63,065 nucleotides of DNA, filler included, from Octopus bimaculoides (GCF_001194135.2; 6 parts of 6 records of this genome joined end to end with filler, not necessarily neighbours in it), one strand, 5' to 3'. Positions 26,071-39,612 are shown, counted from the first letter of the whole stretch. Made by a program: numbers and translations. Notes: generated by a model not told the origin, from the letters alone.

Positions 26071-26140
<70 letters not shown>

Positions 26141-27123
26141 ATGGGCTTCTTTCAGTTTTCCCTCTACCAGATCCACTCACAAGGCTTTGGTTAGCCTAAG
26201 GCTACAGTAGAAGACACTTGCCCAAGGTTCTATGCAGCTGGACTGAAACCTGGAACCATGTGGTTGGGAAGCAAGCTTCTTACCACACAACCATGCCTGC
26301 AGTTACAAATGTTGTGAGAACTATACAACTGTATACAGTTAAAGAAATGGATAACGCTCAAGATTTTGTTTTTGTTGTATCCTATTAATTTGGCCTGTAA
26401 GGGGTCCAAAACCAGTGAGATTGATACAGTTAATATTGTACTCAAATCAGTGGAAGCTGACAGGATATGTGCAGGGAGGGAATTCAAGAGAGCTGATGTT
26501 CTGGGAGGAAAAGGAAAGGACTAAGCATTGTGATAAGAGTGGGGCCAGGAGGTGGTGGTTAAACATATGGTGATAAAAGGAGAATCAAGTGGGTTAAGGA
26601 TATATGGATGGTACTGATCTCATGCTGAGCAGAAGTAGCTAGAGATCAGTCAACACTAAGGGGTAATAATAGAAAAGGCAGAGATGAGCTGGATTGTTTG
26701 TGGGCCAGAGTGGATGTGTTGGTGTATGACTTTACAACAATCAGTCAGGTCAGGTCATGTCTCAGGACGTGGTCTTGGATATGCTCTCTCTCTCTCCCTC
26801 TGTGTGTGTGTGCGCCTGTGCTTGCATGTGCAATGTCCCAGATAGAGGAGTTGTATTGCAATGAGTTTCCTGGAGAGTATTTTCTGGCCTTGAATAGAAG
26901 AGCCCCATTTTTAAAGATGATGTCTTTGCTATGTTAGATCTTTAGTGTTTATACTGGCTATATCAGGCCCAAATATTCTACATGTTTTATGTTCAAACCA
27001 AATTCAGCCTCTCACACCTAACATAAAATGTCATACTAAAAATATACTATGACATCATTGAAATCTAGAAACAGCAAGATAGTTCATAATTCAAACCAAT
27101 TTGAATAAATAAGCATTATGCTT

Positions 27124-27372
27124 CATTATTTACAATATTTACATTCAACGGATATTTGTCCTCATCTTGTTTGTTGTTAACACAATGTTTTGGCTGATAT
27201 ACCCTCCAGCCTTCTTCAGGGTTCTTGGGGAAATTTCGAACCTGGGTTCTCATTCCTAAGGTATTTTTCGATGTTATTATTATTATTATTATTATTATTG
27301 TTCAGGTCAATGCTTGGAATCGAACTCAAAATCTTGGGGTTAGTAGCCTGTGCTCTTAACCACTACACCATA
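27124..27372 (-). mobile_element. Hammerhead-bearing tRNA SINE (family H); hammerhead decayed
   Basis: Head ggtgtagtggttaagagc...gagttcgattcc, (AAT)n, body; core CUGAAGA but GAAA>AAAA and stem I damaged (27179-27224). Confidence 0.85.
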
Positions 27373-27418
27373 TACCTTTGGTTTTTTTTTCCCTTCTTTC
27401 CTTGTGTCAATATTCTTT

Positions 27419-27670
27419 GGCGTAGTGGTTAAGAGTGCCCAAAATTCTGAGTTCGATTCCAAGCAGTGACCTGAATACTAATAATAATAATAATAACAAC
27501 ATCAAAAAATACCTTAGGAATGAGAACTCAGGTTTGAAATTTCCCCAAGACACCTGATGAAGGCTGGAGGGTATATCAGCTGAAATGTTGTGTTAACAAC
27601 AAGCAAGATGAGGACAAATATCTGTCGAATGTAAATAATGTACATAATTCCTCATCTCTTAAATATAGAA
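27419..27670 (+). mobile_element. Hammerhead-bearing tRNA SINE (family H)
   Basis: ggcgtagtggttaagag..gagttcgattccaagc head, (AAT)n, hammerhead at 27549-27594, AT-rich 3' tail. Confidence 0.85.
27549..27594 (+). ncRNA. Minimal type-I hammerhead ribozyme
   Basis: GACAC-CUGAUGA-A-GGCUG..CAGCU-GAAA-UG-UU-GUGUU; two CpG-decay changes give G-U wobbles, core intact. Confidence 0.8.
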
Positions 27671-29714
27671 AAGCATTATGCTTGATAGAATAATCTGAAT
27701 GTTAAAAATGTGTTGTTGTCACAATATATCCTTACTGATAATGAAATCAGACGTTTGAAGGGATGATAAGGGTTCTAGTTGCATGATGTTCATGTTTGGA
27801 GTGGTGTGTATGATTATGTTGTCTTGCAACATGTGAAGTGATTTTTTTTTACCAATTAAGCAATCAAAATTAGCATAACCCCTTAGTAGGCTATTTTCAA
27901 AATTCATGTTGATGGAGTCTCAGTGCAGGTTAGTTGTGAGGTGTTTAGGTTACATGAGGATGGTGCTTGAGTGTGGCAGGTTAGGAACAGCTGAAGGGTG
28001 GCATTATCTGTGTAAGTGTTATTGGAAGCGACTACAAGTAGAAGGTTGATGTAGAAGAAGAAGAAAGTGGGGGGTGGGATGGGGTGGACATAAAAACTAA
28101 GCCCTGGAATGCACCAAAAGAGATGTGGGTCAGAGAAAGCTCCATTAGCACAATAAATGATGATACAATTTGACTCACTGATCTAAGAAATGAAAAACAG
28201 TCTATGGACTAGAAGTTTGACCATGAGAATTTGCATTCCAGACACAGTCAAAATCTTTACTGATATTGAGGGTAACAATAATATTTTCGCTATATTTCTC
28301 AAGGACGAGAACCCACAGAGGTGTTGGGCTCATGAACCACTATTTAGGCTCTCAGTTACTGGTTCAAATCATACTAAGGTCAACTTTGTCTTTCGTCTTT
28401 CATTCCTACAAGGTCAATAACAGAGTAGCTTATACAATCAACTGCAGCCTTCACTTCCGACAATTAGTCTTGTAGCTAATTAACCACTATTTAATTGATT
28501 TGATGAAATATAAGACAATTGCTAATTAACGATGTTCAGTGATGAGTTATTACATCTATTGATCAAATGGAGAAATGGAACCATGGCTTTTATGCCTTAC
28601 CTAATAGTATGAGTGATCTTGAAGAAATGAAATACCTACTAACTTCCAAGCTTACTTTTACTGAAAATTACTTCTACTTTAACATGTTTGTCTCAAGATG
28701 AATGTACATAAAACATTGTGCAGGGTTAGGTTGGTAGTAACCAAAGAGCATCTATAACACAACCAGTAATATGCAATTAAAAGATGGTCATTAACATTTG
28801 TCTGGTGGCAATTATTGATATTTATCTCTACCTGGAACAAACCATCTCCCTTATAACTGCACTCCAACTCTGTCAAAGAGTCTTGTCTTGTAAATTATTT
28901 GTTGACCTCAATAGAGTTGGGGGCTATGAAAAAAGCAACCAGTACACTCTGTAAAGCTGTAGAAACTTTGCCAAAGTAGACACTGAAGCTCAATGCAATG
29001 CTCTGGCTTGTTGGATCCTGTCAAACTGTCCAACCTATGCTAGCATGGAATATGGACATTAAATTATGATGATGACAATTTCATTAAGCTGCTCAATCAA
29101 ATAGCACCAAGAGTGCAATAGGTATTTCAAATATAGTCTATGGTCTTGGATTATGTCATTAGGAGGGAGTTACAAGATTTAATATATAGACTGTTGAAAT
29201 ATATTATTTTAATCAACAATTTTTTGACATAAAAGTACCCTACACATTAAAAGAAATGTTACTTTTGTGGTATTTAGACAGATGTTGTATTCAAGGTTTC
29301 TAATTACTTGATGCTCTATGGTAAATAATGCATAACAATAATCCTAATTGATCCCTACTATTGGGGCAAAACCATGACTTTTGGCAGTGGGAGAGAGAGA
29401 GAGAAAAAGAGATGTAGTCAATTTAATAATTAGTGCTTGTTTTATCAAACTCAGAAGGATAAATGACAGTCATCTTTGGTAGAATGTATGACCAAAACAT
29501 CTGGAGAGATAAGTTACAAAGTGCAGACCAGAAGTTTCGAGACATTTTTAGGAGAAGCAATTATAACTTTCCTAGATTACTATGATTTTAGTATATCATT
29601 ACTATACATCTAATAAGCTGACCTGCCAACCTCTGTTAGTCAAGATTGAAGAAGATAGCTGTAACAATACTTTGAACACACACCCAACTGAACACTGCTT
29701 CTCACAGTTGACTT

Positions 29715-31012
29715 CGAGGGTCGGCTGAAAGGTTTATAGGTTGACCGAGATACTCTCATGAAATGTGACTAAATGAGGTTTATTTTTCAACATAATCCCC
29801 CTTGCATTCTGCACATTTCTTCCATTGGTGTTGCAGTGGTTGGATCCCATTGATGAAGAAGTTTTCATTGTGTTGGTCAAAAAAGTCATCAATGGAAGAC
29901 ATGAGGTCATCATCACTGGGATACTGCTTTCCAGCCAAGTGTTTTATCATGTTGGAGAACAGGTGATAATCAAATGGAGTCAAAGCAGAAGAATAGGGAA
30001 GGTAATCAACCAGTTCAAAGACAAAGTCATGTATAGCAGCCACTGATACGAAGGACTTGTGTGCTGGAGCACTGCCCTGATGAAACAAGACCCTTTCATC
30101 AGTTTTCCTGGGCATTTGGTTTTCAAAGCTTTTAGTAACTATATCAGCAAAGTACTCTCCATTGATGGTGTGGCCCTTTTGAAGATAGTCAATAAACACA
30201 ATGCTGCTTGTATTCCCCCATAAAAAAACAAAAAAAAAAACAGGCCAACACCTTCCCTGCAGATAAAACGATCTTCACCTTCTTTGGAGCAGGTGAGGAA
30301 GTGTGTTTCCACTGCCTGAATTGTCTTCTTCTCTATGGTTCAAAGTGATGAACCCAACACAAATCCCAGCTTAAGAAACAATTAAGGAAACCAGATGGAT
30401 CTGCCTCAAACAATGTTAGATTTTCCTGTGATGTGACAAGCCTGGTGTGCTTTTGACCAGGTATCAGAAAACATAGCACACACTGAGCAGAAACCTTCAT
30501 CATATTCCTTGTGCAGAATCTTCTCAACTTTCTCACAGGATATGCTAATAGCATTGGCCACTTGACTGATAGTCAAATGCCTGTCATCCATCACCATGTG
30601 ATGAACATGATAAATGTTTTCCTTGGTGGTGGCAGTTGGAGGACGTCCAGACCTTTGGTCATCTTTGGGACTCTCCCTTCCCCTCCTAAATTCAGTTGTC
30701 CACTTTTGCACTGTTGATAAAGCTGGAGTGTCATCTCCTAATGTAGTAACTATGTCAGCATGAATGTCCTTGAAGGCTAAACCCCTTTTCTGCAGATACT
30801 TGAAAACACCATGATGCCAAATTTTTGTCCATTTTCAAGAGAAGTTGCTACTAGTTACCTTTGAAGTCTTCTTTGGACAGTCAGATGTCAGTTTATTTGG
30901 AAAGAAACAGTGCAGCTATTAATAAGAAGGGTTGAAATTAATGAGTACAAGATTTCACAGCTCTAGCATCACTCCTTCATAGTCAGCCTATGAACTTTTC
31001 AGCCAACCCTTG
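29715..31012 (-). mobile_element. Full-length degenerate mariner (family 1, DD34D spacing)
   Basis: 31-bp TIRs 29715-29745 and 30982-31012 (TA on the right); HTH KWTTEFRRGRES..DDQRSGRP; 34-residue spacing from HQG(D) to TPFDY; multiple stops and frameshifts. Confidence 0.95.
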
Positions 31013-31228
31013 TAGTTTACTGAACACAGCTGGGTAGTGAAGACAATTTGGAAGCTTGCTATGCAATAAAGTTTTGTGTGAAACTGGGCAAAAAGACTAC
31101 AGAATCAGGTTTCATCATCTTCAACTACCTATAATGATTTAACATTAGTCTATTTGACTGATTAGCCAGGACACAAAACTTTGTTAATCAATAACTTTTA
31201 TAGACCAAATGTTTGATTTCACAGCCAG

Positions 31229-31282
<54 letters not shown>

Positions 31283-31416
31283 CAGTAGTACCTCGGTTTT
31301 CGAACAACCTTGATCATGAATAAATCGTGCTTTATCTCCCGTCTTTCCCATATTCATTTAATACAGTAGTATCTTGGTTGTTGAACAACTCTGATCATGA
31401 ATATATCATGCTTTAT

Positions 31417-31450
<34 letters not shown>

Positions 31451-31451
<1 letters not shown>

Positions 31452-31936
31452 CCAATTTAAATAAGAGCCATAACGCAATCCATAGTAAAAACTTGTTTAA
31501 TGACCTATGCACATTTCAATGCAACATAATTTTCTTTCTTCGTTTTATTTACTTTCAATAGTCCAACGGTTTTTATTGAATTTACAGCGTCCCTTACTTG
31601 TTCGCTACTTAACATCCTAGGTTAATATCCTAAGTTAACAACACTACTTACTTACTTACTTTACTATATAACGGTTTTCTTAACTGATATTGTATGCAGT
31701 TTCAATGTTTCATGTCGTTACAACCTGTTTATACACATGTAATTTAAGGACAACTATTAATGTTGTCTGTTGCTTGCTGTCTGCTATGAATTAATGAAAC
31801 TTGACCCTGAAGAGATGCAAGACCCCATATTCTTATCTCAGACAAGAGTGAGTTGGGATCTTGCATTGAAATGTGCATAGGTCATTAAACAAGTTTTTAC
31901 TATAGATTGTGTTATGGCTCTTATTTAAATTGATAT
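31451..31936 (+). mobile_element. Penelope-type mini-element: inverted 3'-end duplication plus hammerhead
   Basis: ~75-bp inverted repeat 31451-31524 vs 31861-31936 (about 3 mismatches); the right arm overlaps the hammerhead. Confidence 0.75.
31802..31884 (+). ncRNA. Type-I hammerhead ribozyme with long stem II
   Basis: UGACC-CUGAAGA-GAUGCAAGAcCCC..GGGaUCUUGCAUU-GAAA-UGUGCA-UA-GGUCA; quasi-palindromic stem III AUGUGCAU; AUA triplet. Confidence 0.85.
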
Positions 31937-33224
31937 GCACACAAAGTTGTATGATAAACAATCTTTCATATGAGAATTTTGCTACGTTGATAACAGGTAC
32001 AATATTTTTACCGAATATTTGGGAGAGATCTAAATATACATATATATATATACTAGCACTTAAGCCCGGTTTCACCCAGTTGGTTTGGATGATGTGGCTG
32101 TAAAACCTGCTCTGTGTAAGCATTTGACTTGTTTGGGCATACTTATGAAAAATACAATTTTAGAATGACATTTTTCTATCAAAACGCTAAAAATAACTGA
32201 CCAAAAAAAAAAAAAAAAGCCAAGAGTCAACCAAATCAAAAAATAAACCCAAATACTAAGTGAACAAAGATGAACCATCCCACTTCTATTGTGCACGCAC
32301 ATGCACACACAAACACACATTCACATACTCCCGCTTTTACATACACACAGATATATTCACACGGAGTTGAAATGCTGTTTGATTTATTTTTCAGCATACA
32401 ATTTTCATGATCCCACTACCAAGTATGACATCACCCTTCCTTTCTCATTCATAAACACAAGAGTATTATTATAGTAGATTATCTCGGTAACCATGGGAAC
32501 TATGAAAAAAATACAAGGCCCAGCAGCATCACTGGATCATTCTACACATCTGTGTAATTTTTCACACAATTCCACCCAGCCGTTTGATCGTGAATCCCAA
32601 GACAAGAAATAATCGCCCTGTCAAATTTATATGTATAGATATATATATAAAGCATGATTTATTCGTGATCAGAGTTGGTCGAAAACCAAGGTACTACCGT
32701 GTGTGTATGTGTGTGTGGAGGCGCAATGGCCCAGTGGTTAGGGCAGCAGACTTGTGGTCGGAGGATCATGGTTTCGATTCCAACACCGGGCATTGTATGT
32801 GTTTAGCGAAAGCACCTAAACTCTATGAGGCCCCAGCAGGGGGTGGTGGCGACCCCTGTTGTACTCTTTCGCCCCAACTTTCACTCTTTCTTCCTGTTTC
32901 TTGAGTAAAGCTGCGATGGACTGGCGTCCCATCCAGCTGGGGGGGGGGGCACATATGCCATAGAAACCGGGAAACCGGGCCCATGAGTCTGGCTAGGCTT
33001 TAAAAGAGTAAATAAATAAATAAATATATATATATTCAATATAAAGTATACGAGAAATTACCTATACGATATTGAATATGTTGTCTATTGACTTTTTTAC
33101 ATGCTAGGCCACTGGTAGTATAACTTTGTATAGTTTATATATTTATTTATTCATGAACATTGGTTGCTATTATTAACTAACATTAAGACAGTTCAAGCTA
33201 AATTTTCTAACTTTATTATTATTA

Positions 33225-33398
33225 AGGCGATGAGCTGGCAGAATTGTTACAGGGTGGACAAAATGCTTAGTGGTATTTCTTCAGGCTCTTTATGTTCTGA
33301 GTTTAAATGCCACTGAGGTCAACTTTGGCCTTCCATCCTTTCAGGGTAGATTAAAATGAAGTGCCAATCAAATACAGGGGTTGTATTATTAGAAAGAA

Positions 33399-33429
<31 letters not shown>

Positions 33430-34810
33430 TATTATTATTATTAAGGTGATGAGCTGGCAGAGTCAATATAGGACGGACTAAATGCTTAGTGGCATTTCTT
33501 CCACTTCCAGCTCCATACATTTTGAGTTCAAATCCAGCTGATGTCAACTTTGCTTCTGATTCTCCAGGTCAAGGAATGGGGTTTATGTATTCAACTAACC
33601 CACCAAAACTGCTGACTTTATGTCAAAGTTTGAAACAATTCTTAATATTACTGGTGGACTTGCAGACTCGACAGAGCATCAGGCAAAATGCCTTGAGGTG
33701 TTTTTTCAGTTTCTATGGAATCTATGTTCAAATCCTGCAAAAGCCAACTTTACCTTTCATCTCTCTGAGGGGTGGGGTTTGATACAATAAATTACCAGCC
33801 TTGTGCCAAAATTATAAAGAATTATTATTATTATTATTATTATTATCATTATTATATAAGGCAGCAAGCTAGCAGAATTGTTAGTATGCTAGACGAAATG
33901 CTTAGCACTATTCTGCCTGTTGTTCCATTCTGAGTTCAAATTCCACCAAGGTCAACTTTGCCTTTCATCCTTTTGAAGGTGATAAAATAATTTCCAGTTG
34001 AGCACTGGGATTGATGCAATTGACTAAGACACTCCCCCGAAATTTCAGGCCTTGTGCCTATAGTAGAAAGGATTATTACTGTTATTATTATTATTACTAC
34101 TACTAAGGTAGCAAGCTGGCAGAATCGTTAGCATGCTGAGCAAAATGCTTAGTGGCATTTTGTTTGTAAGTGACTTACTTACTCCTCTGAAATTACTGGC
34201 CTTGTGCCAAAATGTGATATTAAAAAGCAGCGAGATGATAGAATCACTAGCATGCCAGGCAATATGCTTAGTGGCATTTCATCTGTCCTTATGTTCTGAG
34301 TTCAAATTCTTCCGAGGTTGACTTTGCCTTTCATCCTTTCGGGGGTCGATAAATTAAGTATCAGTTGAGTACGGGAGTCAATGCAATCGACTAGTACCCT
34401 CCCGCAAAACTTTACATCTTGTGCCTTTAGTAGAAAGGATTATTATTATTATTATTGTATACGATTGACAAATTCTATCACTAAGGTAAACATAGCTACA
34501 TCTCGTGTGTCTTCATCTGGTTCAAAATAAAATAAATGTCAGTCTAATTCATGCTGTTAAGCATTTTGTCTCTCTTTACATTCTAGTTTAAATTCCTCCA
34601 AGGTTGACTTTGCCTTTCATCCTTTCAAGGTTGATAAAATAAGTACCATTTGAGCACTGGGGTTGATGTAATCCCCTTCCCCTAAAATTGCTGCCCTGTG
34701 CCAAATATGAAACCATTATTATTATTAAGGCAACAAATTTATAGAATCATTAGCATGTCAGACAAAATACTTAGTGGTATGCCTTCCAACTCTTTACATT
34801 CTGAGTTCAC
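33225..34810 (+). mobile_element. Head-to-tail train of ~8 SINE family B copies separated by (ATT)n
   Basis: Heads near 33225, 33443, 33650, 33858, 34105, 34225, 34545, 34727. Confidence 0.85.
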
Positions 34811-37800
34811 ATCATTATTCATGCAGTTTTTGAGCATTACTAATTTGTGAAGTAACGTTGAACAGCTGTTGTTGTATGTAGGATGGATCCAGCTATCAGC
34901 TGGGTACATTGTGAGGATTACTCCCACCATCAACCTTTAACAAGGTGGTGAAAGAGGTGTGGTGACAAGGCTGAAAGGATTGAGGACAGGCACTCTCCTC
35001 TTTGGTCAAGCCTTTATCAACTTTTTTCAAGTTCCACTTGAAAAGGAAAGTGAGAGAGGAGAGGAAAGTGATTTCCTCCAGTGAATTTGTCCAGAGATGA
35101 GAAACTGGCAAAAATGATTAGGCTGAATGGACCTACTCTATGCATGTGCCTGTGGAGAGGAAAACAACAGCTGGGTCAGGGGCTTGTGTTCTAGATGACC
35201 AGGGTGTTGCTATATCTGTAGGGTTTCTTGACTGGCCTTAGTTAGAGGCTGTCCTGTACCTAGAGGACTGCATCATCTATATGTTCACATTCTTTGTATG
35301 CTATGTATATTTTTTATTGTGAAGGTGTGTGGCTTAATGGTTAGGGTATTTGGCTTACGATCGTAAGGTCATGAGTTCAATTCCTGGCGATGCATTATTT
35401 CCTTGAGCAAGACAATTTATTTCATGTTGCTCCAGTCCACTCAGCTGGCAAAAATGAGTAGTACCTGTATTTCAAAGGGCCAGCCTTGTCACAGTGTCAT
35501 GCTGAATCTCCCTGAGAACTACATTAAGGGTACACCTGTCTGTGGAGGGCTAAGCCACTTGCACGTTAATTTCGCGAGCAGACAGTTCTGTTGATTGGAT
35601 CAATTGGAACCCTTGTCATAACAAATGGAATGCCAGATATTTTTTATCTTATTTCCACTTTCTCTCTCTTTCTTCTCATTTGTTTTACGTAAATCCCAAC
35701 ACTAATTGTAAACTGTCCTTGTAAAGCTCCCCTTATTTGATGCCCCTGTGGCAAACTAAAAAAAAATATTATCATTATTATTATCAAGAAGGTGTTAGAT
35801 TAGCATAATAACAGAATGTCTTGTGCTATTTACTTATGTTTCTTTATGCTTAAAGTTCAAGCCTTGCTGGGGCTACATAATATTTTATTGTTTGAGGTCA
35901 ATTATTTAATTACTACTCAAATCAACAATAAGCCTCATCCTGAATGTGGGTCTTCAGCCTAACTTAGAAATTATCATTATTACTAAGGCAGTGAGCTGGC
36001 AGAATTATTAGCATGCTGAGCAAAATGCTTAGCGGCATATCGTCCGTCTTAATGTTTTGAGTTAAAATTCTGCTGAGATCAACTTTGCCTTTCGCCCTTC
36101 TATATTTCTATAATACACAAAATATTTTAACAAATTTTTAAATACAATTCCTTCTCATATTTACGTATAAAAAATATAATAGGATTTTTAAAACTTTGAA
36201 TGGCTATGAGGATCTACCTGAATAAAATACAAATCAAAGGGGTCCATAGGCAAAATATGGTTGAGAACCACTGGACTGAACCCCACTCCCTTTAAAATTG
36301 CTGGTTTTTGCCTAAAATAGAAACGATTTGACAGAATCGTTAGCGCACCGGACGAGATGTTTGGTGACATTTCTTCCACTTCATGTTTTGAATTCAAATG
36401 ACACCGTCGAGGTTGACTTTGCCTTTTATCCTTTCGGCATTGATAAAATAAATACCAGTTAAGCACTGAGATCGATATTGCAGAAGATTATAAAATAAAA
36501 CCGAGCAAGTGCGAGATGTCGACCACTAAAACGAAGTTGAATAAGCTCAGATATTTAGGTTGTGTTTAGCTACAGGTCAGACACAGTCAAGGGTATATAA
36601 GGAAAGCTTAACAATACTGTATTTATGAATGATTTAGGCGTAATTTCATTTCATGCAAGATTTGGACGTCGAAATGTTTTGGTAGTAGATAGACTAAAAT
36701 TTAAACGATACTAGAAAAAATTCTCCAATGCATTTCGAAGTATGATAATTCTAATGACTATAAATGTTTTTATGGGTAATACACGTTTTCATCTACGAAG
36801 GCAATTTTATGATATTTTGTCGAAGTAAAAACGTTCATAGAAAAACTGTTCAATTAAATCAATATTATGTTTATGTGCCAATTTCCTGAATAAATCCCAC
36901 CACAACAATTGCGATGTACAAAATAATAAACAGTAGAGAAAGATGCTAATATATTAAGAAATTGGAATGGTGAATTATAAAACAGGGTTTAGGGGTCTAG
37001 ATTCTGTGTTTAAGAGAACTGCCAGCCGTGTCTTTAAAAAATTAAATTACGTTGTTATCGATACGATAGCGATTCTCTTTCAAATACACATTCCGCACGC
37101 ATATATACGTACACATGCACCTACATAGTCACATGTACGTTTATCTAACTAGAGACAGACACACGTTTATCAATATTATTCTATTACATACCTATTAAAC
37201 AACCTAAATTATTACATAAACTATCACGTTAAATATACGGCGTTACGCTATATATACATATATGTATGTGTGCATGTGTGTGTGTAAAGAGAGAGAGAAC
37301 TGTGTCGTGTTTAATTATTTATTACTAAAAATAGGAAGGCGTTATTATAGTTGGGTTTATCAAACATATTATCAAATATGACGATATGCACATGGATAAT
37401 TACACATTGGTCTTCGGCTTACACACATATACCTTAATTGTCATAGACAAAGATATTCAATTCGTAAATTTATTCGTCACAAAAACCGTTGGCCTAATAC
37501 ATGCATAGCAAGGCGACATGGAGAAGCTAATTATAAACAAATATACGCTTGTTGTTCATTGAAAGAAACTTTTGATAATTACCTTAAACCGAACGAATAA
37601 AGTTGAGATAAAATTCCTTTAGACAAACTCCTGCCATCCTCTGCTTTGTTCAGTCATTCGTGAAACTTCCTTGCCAACCAACTGTAAACATTGAACCGGT
37701 GGAGGCTGATATCACTTGCCGCTTGAAATTAAGTCCGACATCAGTTGTTTGTTGTTGAGAAATTTTATTTTCCTCGACTAAACCAAAGGAAATCGCTAAA

Positions 37801-38209
37801 ATATTGAGTGCTTCTTTTAAATCAACTCACTAATCATTATATATATCGGTAGAGTCTGACATAACATAATATGATGAATAACTGAATTATGTATACAACT
37901 AATCAATAAAATCTCCCCCTCGTTCTCTAACATGTTACTTTTATCCGTTGACCTTAAAGATCACATACTCTCACATATTACATCTTTGTATAATTTTCAG
38001 ACATCTCAGTCCTATTGGAGATGCCTCTTTTTAGATATTAACCATCTCTAGAGAGAACTGCATGGATAATCTTAGTTTATCAGTTTTTCAGCTTACTATA
38101 TCATGGATAGGTGAGATTCTTCAGAATTTGTATTTTGTATGAATACTTCCAAGAGGTATTTTTCCTCAGTCATGTTGCTTAAATTTCATAGTCAGCATCA
38201 TTACATTTC

Positions 38210-38239
<30 letters not shown>

Positions 38240-38245
<6 letters not shown>

Positions 38246-39545
38246 GTGTAAGGTATTTGAGGACATAGCTTTTTTGGGTCATTGCTGCATAGTTACTAAC
38301 TCTGTATAATCTTTCTGTCAGAAAATAACAACGGCAGACCCTCAGCTTACTCAAGAAATGAAGAGGCATGCTGTTATTGTGGTTATAATGGCTGAACATA
38401 GCGATTTAGAAATATTTCGATTTTTAAAAGTTGTCAAATCTTTTGTGACCAAAGTTTGTAAGGATCTGGAGACAGAAGATGGAAACGTATCACCAGTATC
38501 AAAACATAAAAAGCATTCTAAACACTCTGAAATCATCAGAACACCTGAATTTATCCAATAAGTTCACAGACTATTGATAACAATCCCAGAAAGTCCATGA
38601 AGTCAATTGCAAAAGATCTCCATGTGTCAGAAGGAACAGTCAGAAATGTTATCCATGAAGATATCAGATATAAATCTTATATGATGAGGAAATATCAAGT
38701 TTTCAGAAAAAGCAAAAGAACATCACTACATCAAATATAAAAGGCTCTTAAACAAACTGAAAAATCCAGCAGAAGAAGATTTGATTTGGTTTTTCTCAAA
38801 TGAGAAAAACTTCGACCAAAATCAAAAAGTTAACAGAAGAAATGACAGATGGTTATGTGCAAACCCTTCTGAAGTTCCAAGTGTTATGCATACAAAATAT
38901 TCTGCAACTGTCATGATTTTAGGGGTTATCAGCAACTGAATGCAGGATGTAGAAATTGCCTATCAGAAGCAGCTATAGGTGGTTTTTCCTCGAGCAGGTA
39001 GATAAAGATTAAAGTAAAAATAAAAAGGCAAACTATTTGGCATCACTTGAGAAGTCATTTAATTTAGATAGAAGGCCTTAGAGTTAACTCTGCTGCCTAC
39101 ATTGAGGTCCTGGAAATAATTGTTCAGCCCTAGATAGACAGTGTATGCAATGGAAGGCCATATGTGTTTCAGTAAGACTCTGCACTATCACACATGACTC
39201 TAGTAACACAGGAATGGATAGCTGAAAATTCTTATGATCACATGAACTCTAACATTTGGCCCTCTAATTACCCAGATCTCAATCCATTGGGCTGTTACAT
39301 GTGGTGCGTTGTTGAGAGAGAGGTCAATGAACATGCCCATAACATCAAAGATTCTTTGAAAGCTGCCATAGTCAGAGTAATGTCCAAAATGAACCAAGAC
39401 CACTTGATTCGAGCTTGTATATGATTTAGATCTCATATAAAAGCAGTTGTTGAAGCTGAAGGTGGCTTTATTGAATAACATTATAGAAAAGAAGGTTTAT
39501 TTTTATTCTCATAACATTTTTTGATAAATAAAGTTATTATCTTTT
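38240..39545 (+). mobile_element. Degenerate maT-family (DD37D) transposon; transposase 38358-39478
   Basis: FSNEKNFDQNQKVNRRNDRW, FQ*DSALSH, WPSNYPDLNPLG(D) with 37-residue spacing; ~120-bp internal insertion at ~38940-39060; right end in gap. Confidence 0.85.
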
Positions 39546-39612
39546 NNNNNNNNNNNNNNNNNNNNNNNNNNNNNNNNNNNNNNNNNNNNNNNNNNNNNNN
39601 NNNNNNNNNNNN

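Larger units (their letters stand above)
31283..32699. mobile_element. Tigger/pogo-like MITE with duplicated left terminus
   Basis: TA+cagtagtacctcggttttcgaac..tgatcatgaata..gctttat at 31283 and 31364; inverted copy at 32646-32699. Confidence 0.7.
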
